In this document: piece by piece, positions 18,794 through 28,688 of the stretch
Position numbering within the stretch: position 1 is the first letter of the stretch
Layout: every line of letters starts with the position of its first letter
Assembly: GCA_037200465.1 (NCBI GenBank)
Contig: JBBCFY010000001.1
Span: forward strand, 18,885-82,884
Reading direction: 5' to 3'
Source: Candidatus Saccharimonadota bacterium
Lineage (GTDB): Bacteria; Patescibacteriota; Saccharimonadia; Saccharimonadales; UBA4665
Length of the DNA: 64,000 nucleotides
Translations under genes and position numbers: made by a program
Notes under the pieces: model-generated
What the model was told of the DNA's origin: nothing
What the model saw: only the letters and a program-made list of their open reading frames with translations
Databases searched by the model: none

Positions 18794-19605
18794 CTAATCC
18801 GATTCCTGCGGGACAAGTACTAGCTGTTGCCGCTTCAGCGTGTCGAATACGGTTGCACCGAACCGTACGAGTCGTCGCGTGTCCTGTACCAGATGAGCCG
18901 GCAACATGTGTTCATCGGGCTCTATGCCGGTTTCGGCTATCGCCACCCGGAACACGCCCGTATGCATCAGACGGGCGTAGACGTTTTCGGTCTGGGCCCC
19001 GAGTGACATGTCCGGATCGATCAGTCGTACGAGTCTTCTGATAGGATTGGGCACGTGGCGCCGGGCGGTCGCGGCGAACACTTCGGCATGTTTGAAATAA
19101 TGCGGTGCCCGTATGGCTGCCGGCAGCTTGGCGTCATAGGTATCCATGTCCAGATCCTCTGCGTCCGCGATGGCGGTTTGCAGATCCGCGCGAAAGCGCC
19201 CCATGGCGGTATGTACCCCGTAACCCCGGGCCGGAAGGCCGGTCATGGTTGCCAGCCAGAATGACATGTAATCGCTCTGTCTCCAGGCTATCTTACCCAG
19301 TACTACGGCTTCTATGGCGGTGGTAGGATTGAGTTGGCCGTCCTGAACAGTTCATCGCACAGCTCCATGGCGGTGTCGGTATTTTTGGCAATAGCCTGTC
19401 CGATGTCGAGGCTATCGTCCCGGACGTGGCCGCCGGATGTGATAGAAGAGCTGCAGTAGTCTTCGGCCTGCACGTCAAGCCGGCCCATCTTCTCGCGCAT
19501 CCTTACGTACGCGTCGAATGGGTCTAGGCCTTCCGCGTTGGCCTCAAAGGTCAATTCGGTCAAAATGTCCCTGAACGGACGCTCGGTCTCCCTCGTACTG
19601 CCCAT
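18794..19605 (-). pseudogene. hypothetical protein split by one frameshift near 19345-19355
   Basis: ORF 19312..19605 (MGSTRETERPF...ELCDELF) and the open frame upstream of ORF 18794..19267 (TVQDGQLNPTTAIEAVVLGKIAWRQSDYMSFW...) abut and overlap. This is consistent with one gene of about 270 aa. Confidence 0.45.
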
Positions 19606-19647
19606 GGAATTTACTATACCATGATGCTGATCAGTGCTGACAGGTAG

Positions 19648-19674
19648 TTGGCACTCTTGAGTTTTGACTGCCAG
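19648..19674. promoter_or_regulatory. degenerate CIRCE-like inverted repeat overlapping the hrcA promoter
   Basis: TTGGCACTC-N9-GACTGCCAG, compared with the consensus TTAGCACTC-N9-GAGTGCTAA. TTGAGT (19657-62), a 17-nt spacer and TATACT (19680-85) lie 9 nt before the hrcA ATG. Confidence 0.5.
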
Positions 19675-19694
19675 AACGGTATACTGCAAGCACT

Positions 19695-20393
19695 ATGACG
19701 GAGCGCCAGAAACAGATCCTCAGCGCCATTATCGAGCAGTATGCCGAAGTAGCTGTGCCGGTGGGCAGTAGTTTGCTGGCTAAAGTCTTCGATGTATCCA
19801 GTGCCACCATACGCGCTGAAATGGCCGAGCTGGAGCGCTTGGGATACATAGAACAGCCGCACACCTCTGCCGGGCGCATCCCGACCGACCGCGGGTACCG
19901 GTTCTATGTGAACAACTTGGCGGCCTCCGAAGAGGGCCAGCCCGAGCGCCGCGGCGAGCGGGCGCTGACCGCCCGGGTGACCGATGGCGGCATGCCGGAA
20001 CGCACCATCCGCAACGCCGTGGACACCCTGGTGGAGCTGACCCACAACCTTGGGTTGGCTACCATCGGCAACCAGCTGTATATGAGCGGGCTCAGCAACT
20101 TGTTCGGGCAGCCGGAATTCACCACTGGCAACCAGGTGCAGCAGGTCGCCCGCCTGCTCGACAATCTCGAGCCGTGGCTGCGCGAAGCCGCGCCGAACGA
20201 ACCGCTCAGCGTGTTCATAGGCTCCGAGAACCCCATTGGACGCTCAGCCGGCGTCAGCCTTATCATCAGCCGCTTCCGCAGTCCGTTCAGCGATCATAGC
20301 TACATCGGTGTGCTTGGCCCGACACGCCAGAGCTACCGCGATGTGATGGGCTTGGTAGCGCACACCGGCAAAACACTAGAGGAGGTATTGTGA
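19695..20393 (+). CDS. hrcA: heat-inducible transcription repressor HrcA (short form, 232 aa)
   Basis: The N-terminal wHTH ERQKQILSAIIEQYAEVAVPVGSSLLA...SSATIRAEMAELERLGYIEQPHTSAGRIPTDRGYRFYV is typical of HrcA. Confidence 0.85.
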   Translation: MTERQKQILSAIIEQYAEVAVPVGSSLLAKVFDVSSATIRAEMAELERLGYIEQPHTSAGRIPTDRGYRFYVNNLAASEEGQPERRGERALTARVTDGGMPERTIRNAVDTLVELTHNLGLATIGNQLYMSGLSNLFGQPEFTTGNQVQQVARLLDNLEPWLREAAPNEPLSVFIGSENPIGRSAGVSLIISRFRSPFSDHSYIGVLGPTRQSYRDVMGLVAHTGKTLEEVL

Positions 20394-20593
20394 TGCGCGG
20401 CACTGAATCCCCACGGCCGGTTTTCATTCATGATCCATTGGAGCGACCTGATTCTCGGCTCAAAGTCGGCGAGGTTGTCGGGACAGCGGTAGTCTGGGCA
20501 CTCTGTGGTGTAGTGAGCGCGGGAATTGCCATACATCAGAAGCTTCGCCCCTCAGACCCATACGTCGAACTTTCGGAGGTACATGATGACTGA
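20390..20593 (+). CDS. small hypothetical protein (67 aa) between hrcA and grpE
   Basis: GTGATG overlap with the hrcA stop and overlap with the grpE start suggest translational coupling. One hydrophobic segment (VVGTAVVWALCGVVSAGIAI). Confidence 0.35.
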   Translation: MMRGTESPRPVFIHDPLERPDSRLKVGEVVGTAVVWALCGVVSAGIAIHQKLRPSDPYVELSEVHDD

Positions 20594-21059
20594 TAAGCCA
20601 AAGAAAAAAGATACTAAACTGAGCATGCTGGAGCAGCAAGTGGCCGAGCTGACCGAGGCGCTGCAACGTGAGCGCGCCGACGTCATGAATGTCCGCCGCC
20701 GCCACGAAGAGCAGATCGCCGGGCTCAAGGACCTGGTGAAGGCAAGTGTAGTGCGTGATCTGCTGCCCGTCATCGATAACTTCGAGCGTGCGCTCAAGCA
20801 CGTGCCCAAGGAGCTGGAAGGCAACGACTACATCAAAGGCGTCCAGGGGGTCGTGAAGCAGTTCGAGAAGACGCTGAGCGACATCGGCGTCGAGCGTATC
20901 AAGACCACCGGCGAGCCGTTCGACCCGCGTTACCATGAAGCCGTCAGCATGGAAGACGGCGAAGGCACGCAGGAAGTGGTGAGCGAAGAACTTCAGGCCG
21001 GCTACCGCTTGGGCGACGAAGTCATCCGCCACGCCATGGTCCGCGTCAAAATGGCCTGA
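20583..21059 (+). CDS. grpE: nucleotide exchange factor GrpE
   Basis: SD ggagg lies 4 nt before ATG 20583. A coiled-coil N-terminus is followed by VIDNFERAL...FDPRYHEAV...GYRLGDEVIRHAMVRV. Confidence 0.9.
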   Translation: MMTDKPKKKDTKLSMLEQQVAELTEALQRERADVMNVRRRHEEQIAGLKDLVKASVVRDLLPVIDNFERALKHVPKELEGNDYIKGVQGVVKQFEKTLSDIGVERIKTTGEPFDPRYHEAVSMEDGEGTQEVVSEELQAGYRLGDEVIRHAMVRVKMA

Positions 21060-21061
21060 GC

Positions 21062-21316
21062 ATGAGTGAATCGCTCAATACTCCATCGGCCGAGAACGTA
21101 TTCAGGGCATACAGTGATTTGCTCGTGCTTTGGGATTGGGTATTACGCAAAGAGGTCAGCCTTGATTTTGTTGGTCTAGATGACTGCCTGCGGGAAATCC
21201 AGCTGAAGCACGGTGTCCCGAACGCAGGGTTCCTGGATGCCAACACGATTACGCGCCAGGCTGCGCAAGATTCAATGGACGATCCGGGCTATGTCGCCAA
21301 GTATGAAGCGATATAA
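21062..21316 (+). CDS. hypothetical protein (84 aa)
   Basis: ORF starts 3 nt after the grpE stop. Lower GC than its neighbours. No motif. Confidence 0.45.
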   Translation: MSESLNTPSAENVFRAYSDLLVLWDWVLRKEVSLDFVGLDDCLREIQLKHGVPNAGFLDANTITRQAAQDSMDDPGYVAKYEAI

Positions 21317-21398
21317 AATGCTTGCGCTTACATCCCGGCACCTATACAATACCCGCTAATGAACTGCGCCCCAGCTACGCGAAACCACGATAGCAAGG

Positions 21399-21728
21399 GT
21401 GCTTTTTCTTTGCTCGTCACTCCGTGCGAGGGGTGCGATGTCTAGCGCCCTCCAGGCGCAAACCCCTTCATTTGAATCTGTTATTTATCCCCCTCCTGAA
21501 AACGATTTCATCAGCGGGTTAGGCGGTGATATCGTCCGCCAGGACTACATCGTACAGTCTATGACAGACGTTATTCTGGATGATGCCTTATCGGCCGACG
21601 ATAAGGCAGTGGAGTTGGTCTTTATAGAGCAGTTGGGCGGCTGTACGAACCTGGAGGCTCGCATATTGCAGATGTTCGCTGTCCGGGCTGCGCAACGCGC
21701 CACCGAAAGACACTTGAAGTCCATTTAG
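21399..21728 (+). CDS. hypothetical protein (about 97-109 aa)
   Basis: ORF with GTG 21399 or ATG 21438 (MSSALQAQ...). It ends inside CIRCE-1. Confidence 0.4.
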   Translation: MLFLCSSLRARGAMSSALQAQTPSFESVIYPPPENDFISGLGGDIVRQDYIVQSMTDVILDDALSADDKAVELVFIEQLGGCTNLEARILQMFAVRAAQRATERHLKSI

Positions 21729-21751
21729 CACTCTTGACTATTGAGTGCTAA
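21725..21751. promoter_or_regulatory. CIRCE operator (perfect consensus)
   Basis: TTAGCACTC-TTGACTATT-GAGTGCTAA. The spacer contains a TTGACT -35-like hexamer, and TGCTACAAT (extended -10) follows. Confidence 0.85.
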
Positions 21752-21771
21752 TTTTTTATGCTACAATTGTA

Positions 21772-21798
21772 TTAGCACTCAGTGCGAGTATCTGCTAA
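21772..21798. promoter_or_regulatory. second, half-degenerate CIRCE-like element
   Basis: TTAGCACTC-AGTGCGAGT-ATCTGCTAA. The left arm is perfect and the right arm matches 6/9. It lies 21 nt after CIRCE-1 and just upstream of the SD for ORF 21817. Confidence 0.5.
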
Positions 21799-21816
21799 TT
21801 ATATGGAGGAAACATC

Positions 21817-22119
21817 ATGACTGTAATCACAGGGGAACAACCCCAGGAACCGGAAAATCGTTCCAGATTCGCCATAATCGGTGAGACGGTTGTAGCCACG
21901 GCTGCCCTAACGGCTGACGAGATGGATTCATTAACTCTTGTTGAATTAGATCAAGCTATACGGGAGCCGAGCGTAGGTATGCATTCTGTTGATCCAGCAG
22001 AGGACATTCTGAATTTTGAAAAACGGTTAGCTGCCGGAGAGAAAGTTACTGCCGTGCTCGCGGGCCAGCTGGTCCGAATCACCCCGCTAGATATTCTAAC
22101 GATGAAGAGAAAGAAGTAA
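21817..22119 (+). CDS. hypothetical protein (100 aa), first gene after CIRCE and co-oriented with dnaK
   Basis: Strong SD ggagga. The ORF ends 16 nt before dnaK. No motif. Confidence 0.55.
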   Translation: MTVITGEQPQEPENRSRFAIIGETVVATAALTADEMDSLTLVELDQAIREPSVGMHSVDPAEDILNFEKRLAAGEKVTAVLAGQLVRITPLDILTMKRKK

Positions 22120-22135
22120 GTAGGAGTAAATTTAT

Positions 22136-24070
22136 ATGGCAAAGATTATTGGAATCGACTTAGGCACCACCAACAGCGCAATGGCTGTGATGCAGAGTGG
22201 TAAACCAGAAATTATCGCGAATAGCGAAGGCAATCGCACGACGCCTAGCGTGGTGGCTATTAATAAGAATAGAGAACGCTTGGTAGGCCAGGTGGCGCGC
22301 CGCCAGCAGGTCACCAACCCCAAGAACACCATTTATGAAGTAAAGCGCCTCATCGGCCGCAATTTCAGTGACAAAGAAGTCCAGCGCGACCTGAAGCTGA
22401 TGGGCTACGAGATCGTCAAAGCCGGTAACGGCGTGAAGGTCAAGATGGGCGACAAGGAATATAGCCCGGAAGAGATTTCCGCGATGATCCTGAGCAAACT
22501 CAAGGCTGACGCCGAAAGCTTCCTGGGCGACAAAGTGACCGAAGCGGTCATTACCGTCCCGGCGTACTTCGACGACTCCCAGCGCCAGGCTACCAAAGAT
22601 GCCGGTAAGATTGCTGGATTGGAAGTTAAGCGCATTATCAACGAACCGACTGCAGCAGCACTGGCCTATGGGCTCGAAAAGGGCAAGACCGACGAGAAGA
22701 TCGCTGTCTATGACCTCGGTGGTGGTACGTTCGACGTATCTATATTGGAGTTGGGCGACGGTGTATTTGAGGTCAAGAGCACCAATGGTGACACCCACCT
22801 CGGCGGCGCCGACTTCGACCGCGTACTCGTGAACTACTTCGTGGACGAGTTCAAGAAAGACAGCGGCATCGACATCAGCAGCGACAACGCCGCCATGCAG
22901 CGCCTGCGGGACGAGGCCGAGAAAGCCAAGATTGAGCTCTCGACCGCTCAAGAAGTCGACGTCAACCTGCCGTTCCTGACCGCCGACGCCGAAGGCCCTA
23001 AGCACTTCGAGCACAAACTGACCCGCGCTAAGCTGGAGAGCCTGGTGGGCGATCTGATAACCAAGACCGCCGACCCTTGCGAGAAGGCTCTGAAGGACGC
23101 CGGCCTCAAGGCCAGCGAAATCGACGCTATCGTGCTGGTGGGCGGTATGACCCGCATGCCGGCCGTGGTCGAAAAGGTCAAAGCCATCTTCGGCAAAGAC
23201 CCGATGAAGGGCGTGAACCCGGACGAAGTCGTGGCCGTCGGTGCTGCCATCCAGGGCGGTGTGCTGCAGGGCGACGTCAAGGACGTGCTGCTGTTGGATG
23301 TTACACCTTTGAGCCTCGGTATCGAGACCATGGGCGGCGTCATGACCAAGCTCATCGAGCGTAACACCACCATCCCGACCAGCAAATCCGAAACCTTCAG
23401 CACCGCTGCCGACAACCAGCCGCAGGTGGAAGTCCACGTGCTGCAGGGCGAGCGCGAAATGGCTGAGGGCAACAAGAGCCTGGGCCGGTTCGTGCTGGAC
23501 GGTATCCCGAACGCACCGCGCGGCGTACCGCAGATCGAGGTCACCTTCAATATCGACGCCAACGGCATCCTGAACGTCACTGCCAAGGATAAGGGCACCG
23601 GCAAGGAGCAGAACATCACCATCCAGGGTTCCGGCAGCCTTGATAAGACTGAAGTTGAAAAGATGGCCAAAGAAGCCGAGGCGCACGCCGAGGAAGACAA
23701 GGCCAAGAAGGAAGCCGTGGAAGCCCGCAACCTGCTTGACGGCTCTGTGTACCAGGCCGAGAAGATGAAGAAAGACAACGCTGAGAAGATTAGCGAAGAC
23801 GACGTGAAGAAAATCGACGAGGCCGTCGAGAAAGCCAAGAAAGTCGTGGACGACGACAAGGCTGATAAGGACGCTTTGCAAGCTGCCGCGACCGAGCTGA
23901 ACGATGTACTGATGGCCGTCGGTGCCAAAATGTACGAGAACGCCGCCAGCGAAGATTCCGCCGAAGACGGCAATGATGCCAAAGACGACGACAAGGCTGA
24001 CAAGAAGTCCAAGAAAGACACCGACGAGCCCATCGAAGGTGAAGTCGTCGACGACAAAGAAGGCAAATAA
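22136..24070 (+). CDS. dnaK: molecular chaperone DnaK (Hsp70)
   Basis: [27 protein letters not shown], and an acidic C-terminal tail; 644 aa. Confidence 0.98.
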   Translation: MAKIIGIDLGTTNSAMAVMQSGKPEIIANSEGNRTTPSVVAINKNRERLVGQVARRQQVTNPKNTIYEVKRLIGRNFSDKEVQRDLKLMGYEIVKAGNGVKVKMGDKEYSPEEISAMILSKLKADAESFLGDKVTEAVITVPAYFDDSQRQATKDAGKIAGLEVKRIINEPTAAALAYGLEKGKTDEKIAVYDLGGGTFDVSILELGDGVFEVKSTNGDTHLGGADFDRVLVNYFVDEFKKDSGIDISSDNAAMQRLRDEAEKAKIELSTAQEVDVNLPFLTADAEGPKHFEHKLTRAKLESLVGDLITKTADPCEKALKDAGLKASEIDAIVLVGGMTRMPAVVEKVKAIFGKDPMKGVNPDEVVAVGAAIQGGVLQGDVKDVLLLDVTPLSLGIETMGGVMTKLIERNTTIPTSKSETFSTAADNQPQVEVHVLQGEREMAEGNKSLGRFVLDGIPNAPRGVPQIEVTFNIDANGILNVTAKDKGTGKEQNITIQGSGSLDKTEVEKMAKEAEAHAEEDKAKKEAVEARNLLDGSVYQAEKMKKDNAEKISEDDVKKIDEAVEKAKKVVDDDKADKDALQAAATELNDVLMAVGAKMYENAASEDSAEDGNDAKDDDKADKKSKKDTDEPIEGEVVDDKEGK

Positions 24071-24072
24071 AC

Positions 24073-24504
24073 ATGCCATTATCGCCTACCATGGAGGTGT
24101 ACAATTTCATATTCTATCAGCACACAGCAGAAGGTGAATTCGTATGGCTAAGCTACTACCAAGATTCTCCGGAATTTGGTTGGCAAGCTCCCAATGCCAA
24201 TAGTGTTGTTAGCTCTGATATTACTCAGGCTGTCCATGTTGCTGCAGATCGCATGCAGTCGGAAGTGAGGTCTGGCAGCGTCAAAGAGTTACTTACTAAA
24301 ACTATGCATAGTCCCGGGAATACACCTGAAGCAGTCGTTCATATATGCGAGGCGGAGATTAGTAATTTGAAGCTGGACGCCTTTTTGCATGAAGGTATCG
24401 TATATGCACCATTCCCGCCCGAATTGGCGGTTAATGCGATTGAATTTTCAGTACTACGGGAAGCTATTGCTAAACGTTATGGTTTTAAGCAAGACGCAGC
24501 ATAA
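24073..24504 (+). CDS. hypothetical protein (143 aa)
   Basis: ORF starts 2 nt after the dnaK stop. Lower GC. No motif. Confidence 0.5.
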   Translation: MPLSPTMEVYNFIFYQHTAEGEFVWLSYYQDSPEFGWQAPNANSVVSSDITQAVHVAADRMQSEVRSGSVKELLTKTMHSPGNTPEAVVHICEAEISNLKLDAFLHEGIVYAPFPPELAVNAIEFSVLREAIAKRYGFKQDAA

Positions 24505-24526
24505 GGAATCGGCGGAGCATAGCCAG

Positions 24527-24847
24527 ATGACTGATTTCGTAGAGGTGGTCCTGACGTGCGGGAGCTGGCAGGAGGCGCAGAAGGTTACGGATGCGTTGCT
24601 GGCCAGTAAGTTGGTGGCGTGCGTGGAACAGATGGAAATCAGTTCGAAGAACTGGTGGAAGGGCTCGATCGAGCAGAACAAAGAGGTCAAGCTCATCATG
24701 GAAACGGTCGCCGGGAAATTCGATGCTATCGAGGCAGAGGTGAAGAAACATCACAGCTACGACACGTTCGTACTGCAGATGGTCCCGATCGCCCGCCTTT
24801 CCCGGGGAGCCGCCGAATGGTTAACCGAGACGGTCGGTGATAAGTAA
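24527..24847 (+). CDS. cutA: CutA1-like divalent-cation tolerance protein
   Basis: 106 aa from ATG 24527. VVLTCGSWQEAQKVTDALLASKLVACV...YDTFVLQMVPI follows the CutA pattern. Confidence 0.7.
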   Translation: MTDFVEVVLTCGSWQEAQKVTDALLASKLVACVEQMEISSKNWWKGSIEQNKEVKLIMETVAGKFDAIEAEVKKHHSYDTFVLQMVPIARLSRGAAEWLTETVGDK

Positions 24848-24865
24848 GGTAAAATAGGACGATAT

Positions 24866-25222
24866 ATGACGACAGCGGTAGCGGCGGAGTGGGTGGTGAG
24901 CGACATCGACGGTGGTGTGCGTATCGCTGCGGCTGCTGACGGTACTGAGATGGTATCGGCGGAAGTGGTGCAGTGCCGCGGTGTCATCTACCGTCTGGCC
25001 GATGCCGTGCTGAATGACCCGCCCGAGCCTATCGACGCCGCACTGCTTGCCCGCGCAGAGAATGAAGCCGTGCGGCTGGGTGCCCATGCCTTGAAGATCG
25101 CCGTGGGCGGTAACTACAGAAAATTCTTTACCGGTCTGGGATACTTCGAAAAAGGCACGTCGCATACCGGTTCCGAGGGGACGCAGTACGACATGAAGAA
25201 AGTGATTACCGATGGCAGATAA
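24866..25222 (+). CDS. hypothetical protein (118 aa), possibly a truncated GNAT-like fold
   Basis: ORF overlaps the dnaJ start by 11 nt. The C-terminal AVRLGAHALKIAVGGNYRKFFTGLGYFEKG is GNAT-like. Weak call. Confidence 0.4.
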   Translation: MTTAVAAEWVVSDIDGGVRIAAAADGTEMVSAEVVQCRGVIYRLADAVLNDPPEPIDAALLARAENEAVRLGAHALKIAVGGNYRKFFTGLGYFEKGTSHTGSEGTQYDMKKVITDGR

Positions 25223-26318
25223 ACGCGATTATTATGATGTGCTGGGCGTGCCTAAGGGTGCCAGTGCCGATGAGATTAAGAAGGCTTTCCGGCGGAAGGC
25301 GGTGGAACTGCACCCTGACAAACAGGGGGGTGACGAAGCTGCGTTCAAAGAGGTGAACGAGGCGTACGAGGTGCTGAAAGACTCATCAAAGCGCCAGCGC
25401 TACGACCAGTTCGGGCACGCCGGTGTGGGCGGCAACGGCGGAGGCGGCGGCAATCCGTTCGGCGGTTTCGGCGGCCAGGGCCAGAACGTGAATTTCGATT
25501 TCGGTGACCTGGGGCTGGGTGATATCTTCAGCAGCTTCTTCGGCGGCCAGCCGGGTGGCGGGCGGCAGCGCCAAGCCCGCGGTAACGACGTGGAGACGCG
25601 CATCGAAATCGGCTTCGAAGAAGCCGTCTTCGGCACCGAAGTCGCACTGAACCTCAACCTGGAAGACACCTGCAGCCACTGCAAAGGTACTACGGCCGAA
25701 CCCGGCTACGAGCTCAAGACCTGCGATACCTGCAAAGGCTCCGGCCAGGTGGTCACGGCCACGCGCACCATCTTCGGCAACATCCAGCAGGCAGCCATCT
25801 GCCCGACCTGCCACGGCACCGGCAAAGTGCCCGAAAAGGTCTGCAGCGTCTGCCACGGCAAGGGCACGGAGCGCCGCACGCAGAAAATTACGCTCAAAGT
25901 CCCGGCCGGCATCGACGATGGCGCCACTATCCGCTTGCCCGAGCACGGCGAAGCCATCGCCAACGGCCCCAAGGGCGACTTATATGTCCATGTCCGGGTA
26001 AAAGCCCACAAGCGCTTCACGCGCGAAGGCGATCTGATCCTAAGTGAAGAGCACGTGGGCATGGTGGAAGCCGCACTCGGTACCGAGATGGACGTCGACA
26101 CCGTGGACGGCCCGATTCGCATGAAGGTCCCGGCCGGCACGCAGAGCGGCACCGACTTCAAACTGAGCAATCACGGTGTGCCCCACGTAAATAGCCAGGC
26201 GCGCGGCCCGCACATCGTCACTATCATCGTTGATACTCCCACCAAACTCAGCAAGCAGCAAAAAGAGCTGCTGGAGCAGTTCAGCTCCGGCAGCCCCAAA
26301 AAACATGGTCTATTCTAG
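25212..26318 (+). CDS. dnaJ: molecular chaperone DnaJ
   Basis: J-domain with LHPDK, a G/F-rich linker, and four CxxCxGxG zinc motifs (CSHCKGTT, CDTCKGSG, CPTCHGTG, CSVCHGKG). Confidence 0.95.
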   Translation: MADKRDYYDVLGVPKGASADEIKKAFRRKAVELHPDKQGGDEAAFKEVNEAYEVLKDSSKRQRYDQFGHAGVGGNGGGGGNPFGGFGGQGQNVNFDFGDLGLGDIFSSFFGGQPGGGRQRQARGNDVETRIEIGFEEAVFGTEVALNLNLEDTCSHCKGTTAEPGYELKTCDTCKGSGQVVTATRTIFGNIQQAAICPTCHGTGKVPEKVCSVCHGKGTERRTQKITLKVPAGIDDGATIRLPEHGEAIANGPKGDLYVHVRVKAHKRFTREGDLILSEEHVGMVEAALGTEMDVDTVDGPIRMKVPAGTQSGTDFKLSNHGVPHVNSQARGPHIVTIIVDTPTKLSKQQKELLEQFSSGSPKKHGLF

Positions 26319-26336
26319 TTTGGAGCTTGGACTCCA

Positions 26337-27122
26337 TCACTCCTCAGGAAGGCTAGCCCCGTCAAATACGCCGCCACGACCATGGCGCTTGACGTAATAA
26401 AGCGCCCGGTCGGCTTCAGCGACATTTTCGTATACATCGGACTTGCTAAGATCCAGCTCTGCGACCCCAATGCTGGCGTCTATAGTAGCTGAGATTCCTG
26501 CTTCAGTGCCGATAGCTATGGGCTCTGCGATACGTTGGCGTACTTTCTGTGCGACTAATACTCCCTCACTAGAGGTAGATCGAGGCAGTATAATGATAAA
26601 CTCGTCCCCACCTAAACGTGCGACCACATCGCGCTCACGGACGCTTTCCAGCATTCGTTTCGCGACTACTTGAAGCACCATGTCGCCGACATTGTGGCCA
26701 TGGCTATCGTTTATGGGCTTGAAATGGTCAAGATCAATAAATAGTACCGAACCGGGCTTGTGCTCTACGGAGTCGTTTTGACGCCGATGGAACTCTTGAC
26801 GAAGGCCGTCGTAAGTAATCTGCAGTATTCTGCGGTCCGGTAGCCCCGTTAGGCTGTCACGCATTGCTTCATGTGTGGTTATGAGCGTTTGTTTTTTCTC
26901 TTCTGCGGCACGGCGTTCGTAGGCTAATATAACATGCGCCGCATTCTTGTTTTCGCTGGAACTATAGGCTTCGACTAAGGGATGGATGGCACGTATTCCT
27001 TGTGCTACTGCATCATAGAAAAGGAGTTGATCGGCATAATCGAACACAGCATTTGCCTGAGCTGAAGGAAGCTCAGTGAAGCTTATTTCAGGAGATCGAT
27101 ATTCTTGATTAAATTCCGCCAT
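26337..27122 (-). CDS. GGDEF-domain diguanylate cyclase without a recognisable sensor domain
   Basis: RLGGDEFIIIL active-site motif, with HGHNVGDMVLQ upstream. The first approximately 85 residues are helical with no known domain. Confidence 0.85.
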   Translation of the reverse strand: MAEFNQEYRSPEISFTELPSAQANAVFDYADQLLFYDAVAQGIRAIHPLVEAYSSSENKNAAHVILAYERRAAEEKKQTLITTHEAMRDSLTGLPDRRILQITYDGLRQEFHRRQNDSVEHKPGSVLFIDLDHFKPINDSHGHNVGDMVLQVVAKRMLESVRERDVVARLGGDEFIIILPRSTSSEGVLVAQKVRQRIAEPIAIGTEAGISATIDASIGVAELDLSKSDVYENVAEADRALYYVKRHGRGGVFDGASLPEE

Positions 27123-27128
27123 TATTGA

Positions 27129-27157
27129 ATAATAATTACATTACAGATAAAAGTCAA
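27129..27157 (-). promoter_or_regulatory. sigma-70-type promoter abutting the GGDEF start codon
   Basis: On the minus strand: TTGACT, 17 nt, TATTAT, 6 nt, ATG. No SD. Confidence 0.5.
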
Positions 27158-27218
27158 TGTTATAACATATAGTATATATATTTTCCAACTCTCTTTATAT
27201 AACACTTTCATCAGCTCG

Positions 27219-28676
27219 TCAGTTACGCTTCTCGTAATTCGCTTGATTGACAGAGAGAGCACCGATGAGTGTATGTATGTCCCGATTCAATATGACTGAT
27301 TGACGACCTAAGGGGTCATGGTCGACGTCATACAGTAACCCCATCCTGCCAAGAGCGAATCTGTAGAGGTTAGAGGACAAACCGATGGGAGAAACCGTTT
27401 CGTATACTCCAAGCGTACGGTTTACCGTATCCTGGATATTCTCCGTCAGAAGGTAGCGCTTATCAGGATTAGCGAAATCATATGGCGTAAAGGTGCTCAG
27501 GTAGCTTCTGACTCCACTATCAAAGGCACTGAATCCGAGCATCCATTTTTCATTTGGGGCCAAACCGCGATCGTGTGCGAAGAGAGTCCGTCTGGCGGAT
27601 GTTTCCAGTATGATATCCCGACCTCCTTCTTGTATGTTTCGTTTGTCTCGACGCATAGCTTGTAGCTGTAGACCTAACGTAACGTCCTCGCCACGGCGAC
27701 CATCCTTACCCCCGCCAGCTGCACAATAGGCGCTGCCTCGCATGATCATATTCGCGCCGGCAAATATCACATGACCGCTTTTTGAGCTCGTGACCGCATT
27801 GATATATTGGTAGACTCGCGTAGCCACTAAGAGCTCAGGATTACTTATCAGCGCCGAAGAATCCCATTCGAGTACGCCCGATATGCCATCCAACATAGGA
27901 TCTGCTGCGAAAGTCTCGGCGATGGTCTTCAGGTAGCTCTTGTCGATGTGCACGGAGTCGGCGTCATTGAATACCAATATGGGATCTTTAGTACCTCGTT
28001 CCTGATGCAGTTTGATCGTCATGTCATGCAGCGTGCGCTTGATATGACCGATATTCGGCTCTTCCTCGTAGACTTCCTCGAAGGTTATGAGGCGGAGCTC
28101 TGGGTGCTCTGCCCGAATGGTGGCGATAGCTTCTTTGGCTGCCGTGTCATCCGTCGGCTTGCCGTCAGTATCCTGTGCGGGCCGGTTCAGGAAGACGATG
28201 ATTTCATGGGGACGGTCGGTATTTTGCTCCGTGTATAATTTTAGTGAATCATATAACGACGCACCTTCTTGGTGGGAGGCTGCCGCAATACACACGGATA
28301 CCTCCGCGGGTGCCATTCGCTCCTCGATCGGTATGGTCGCGTAGAGCCTATCCAGCGAGCCAGCGTAGTCAGGTTCGCGGCTGTGCTTCGAGGCGAGGTA
28401 TAGGCTTGCTTCGGTGCTGAATTCAAGCCGAGCAGTAGGGTCTGTTAGAATCGTTTCGGAGAACGTATAATTTGCCTCTCGGCGAACATCGTTAGCGATC
28501 CTGTCTAGAGAAGTGGAGGGGGATTCGCTTGCTGCAATCTGGTAAGCCGGTATGGTATTAGAGGTAGGCGGCGTAGCAAGATTCTCTTCTATAAGGCCTT
28601 GTTCGGGTACGTCCTTTAACATGCCGGTTACTTCGGCCAGGGAGGTCGGATGAAAGCTATAATTAAACTCAGACAT
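27219..28676 (-). CDS. GT-A-fold (family 2-like) glycosyltransferase with unknown N-terminal domain
   Basis: 485 aa. VSVCIAAASHQEG..., the DxD-like motif VFNDADSVHID, and GEDVTLGLQ. About 43% GC in a sampled 60-nt stretch. Confidence 0.55.
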   Translation of the reverse strand: MSEFNYSFHPTSLAEVTGMLKDVPEQGLIEENLATPPTSNTIPAYQIAASESPSTSLDRIANDVRREANYTFSETILTDPTARLEFSTEASLYLASKHSREPDYAGSLDRLYATIPIEERMAPAEVSVCIAAASHQEGASLYDSLKLYTEQNTDRPHEIIVFLNRPAQDTDGKPTDDTAAKEAIATIRAEHPELRLITFEEVYEEEPNIGHIKRTLHDMTIKLHQERGTKDPILVFNDADSVHIDKSYLKTIAETFAADPMLDGISGVLEWDSSALISNPELLVATRVYQYINAVTSSKSGHVIFAGANMIMRGSAYCAAGGGKDGRRGEDVTLGLQLQAMRRDKRNIQEGGRDIILETSARRTLFAHDRGLAPNEKWMLGFSAFDSGVRSYLSTFTPYDFANPDKRYLLTENIQDTVNRTLGVYETVSPIGLSSNLYRFALGRMGLLYDVDHDPLGRQSVILNRDIHTLIGALSVNQANYEKRN

Positions 28677-28688
28677 AATCTAAGTAAC

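Noticed and set aside
22160-24079. 639-aa (and 372-aa) ORFs antisense to dnaK.
   Set aside because: Antisense shadows of an unmistakable Hsp70 gene. The translations are repetitive and motif-free.
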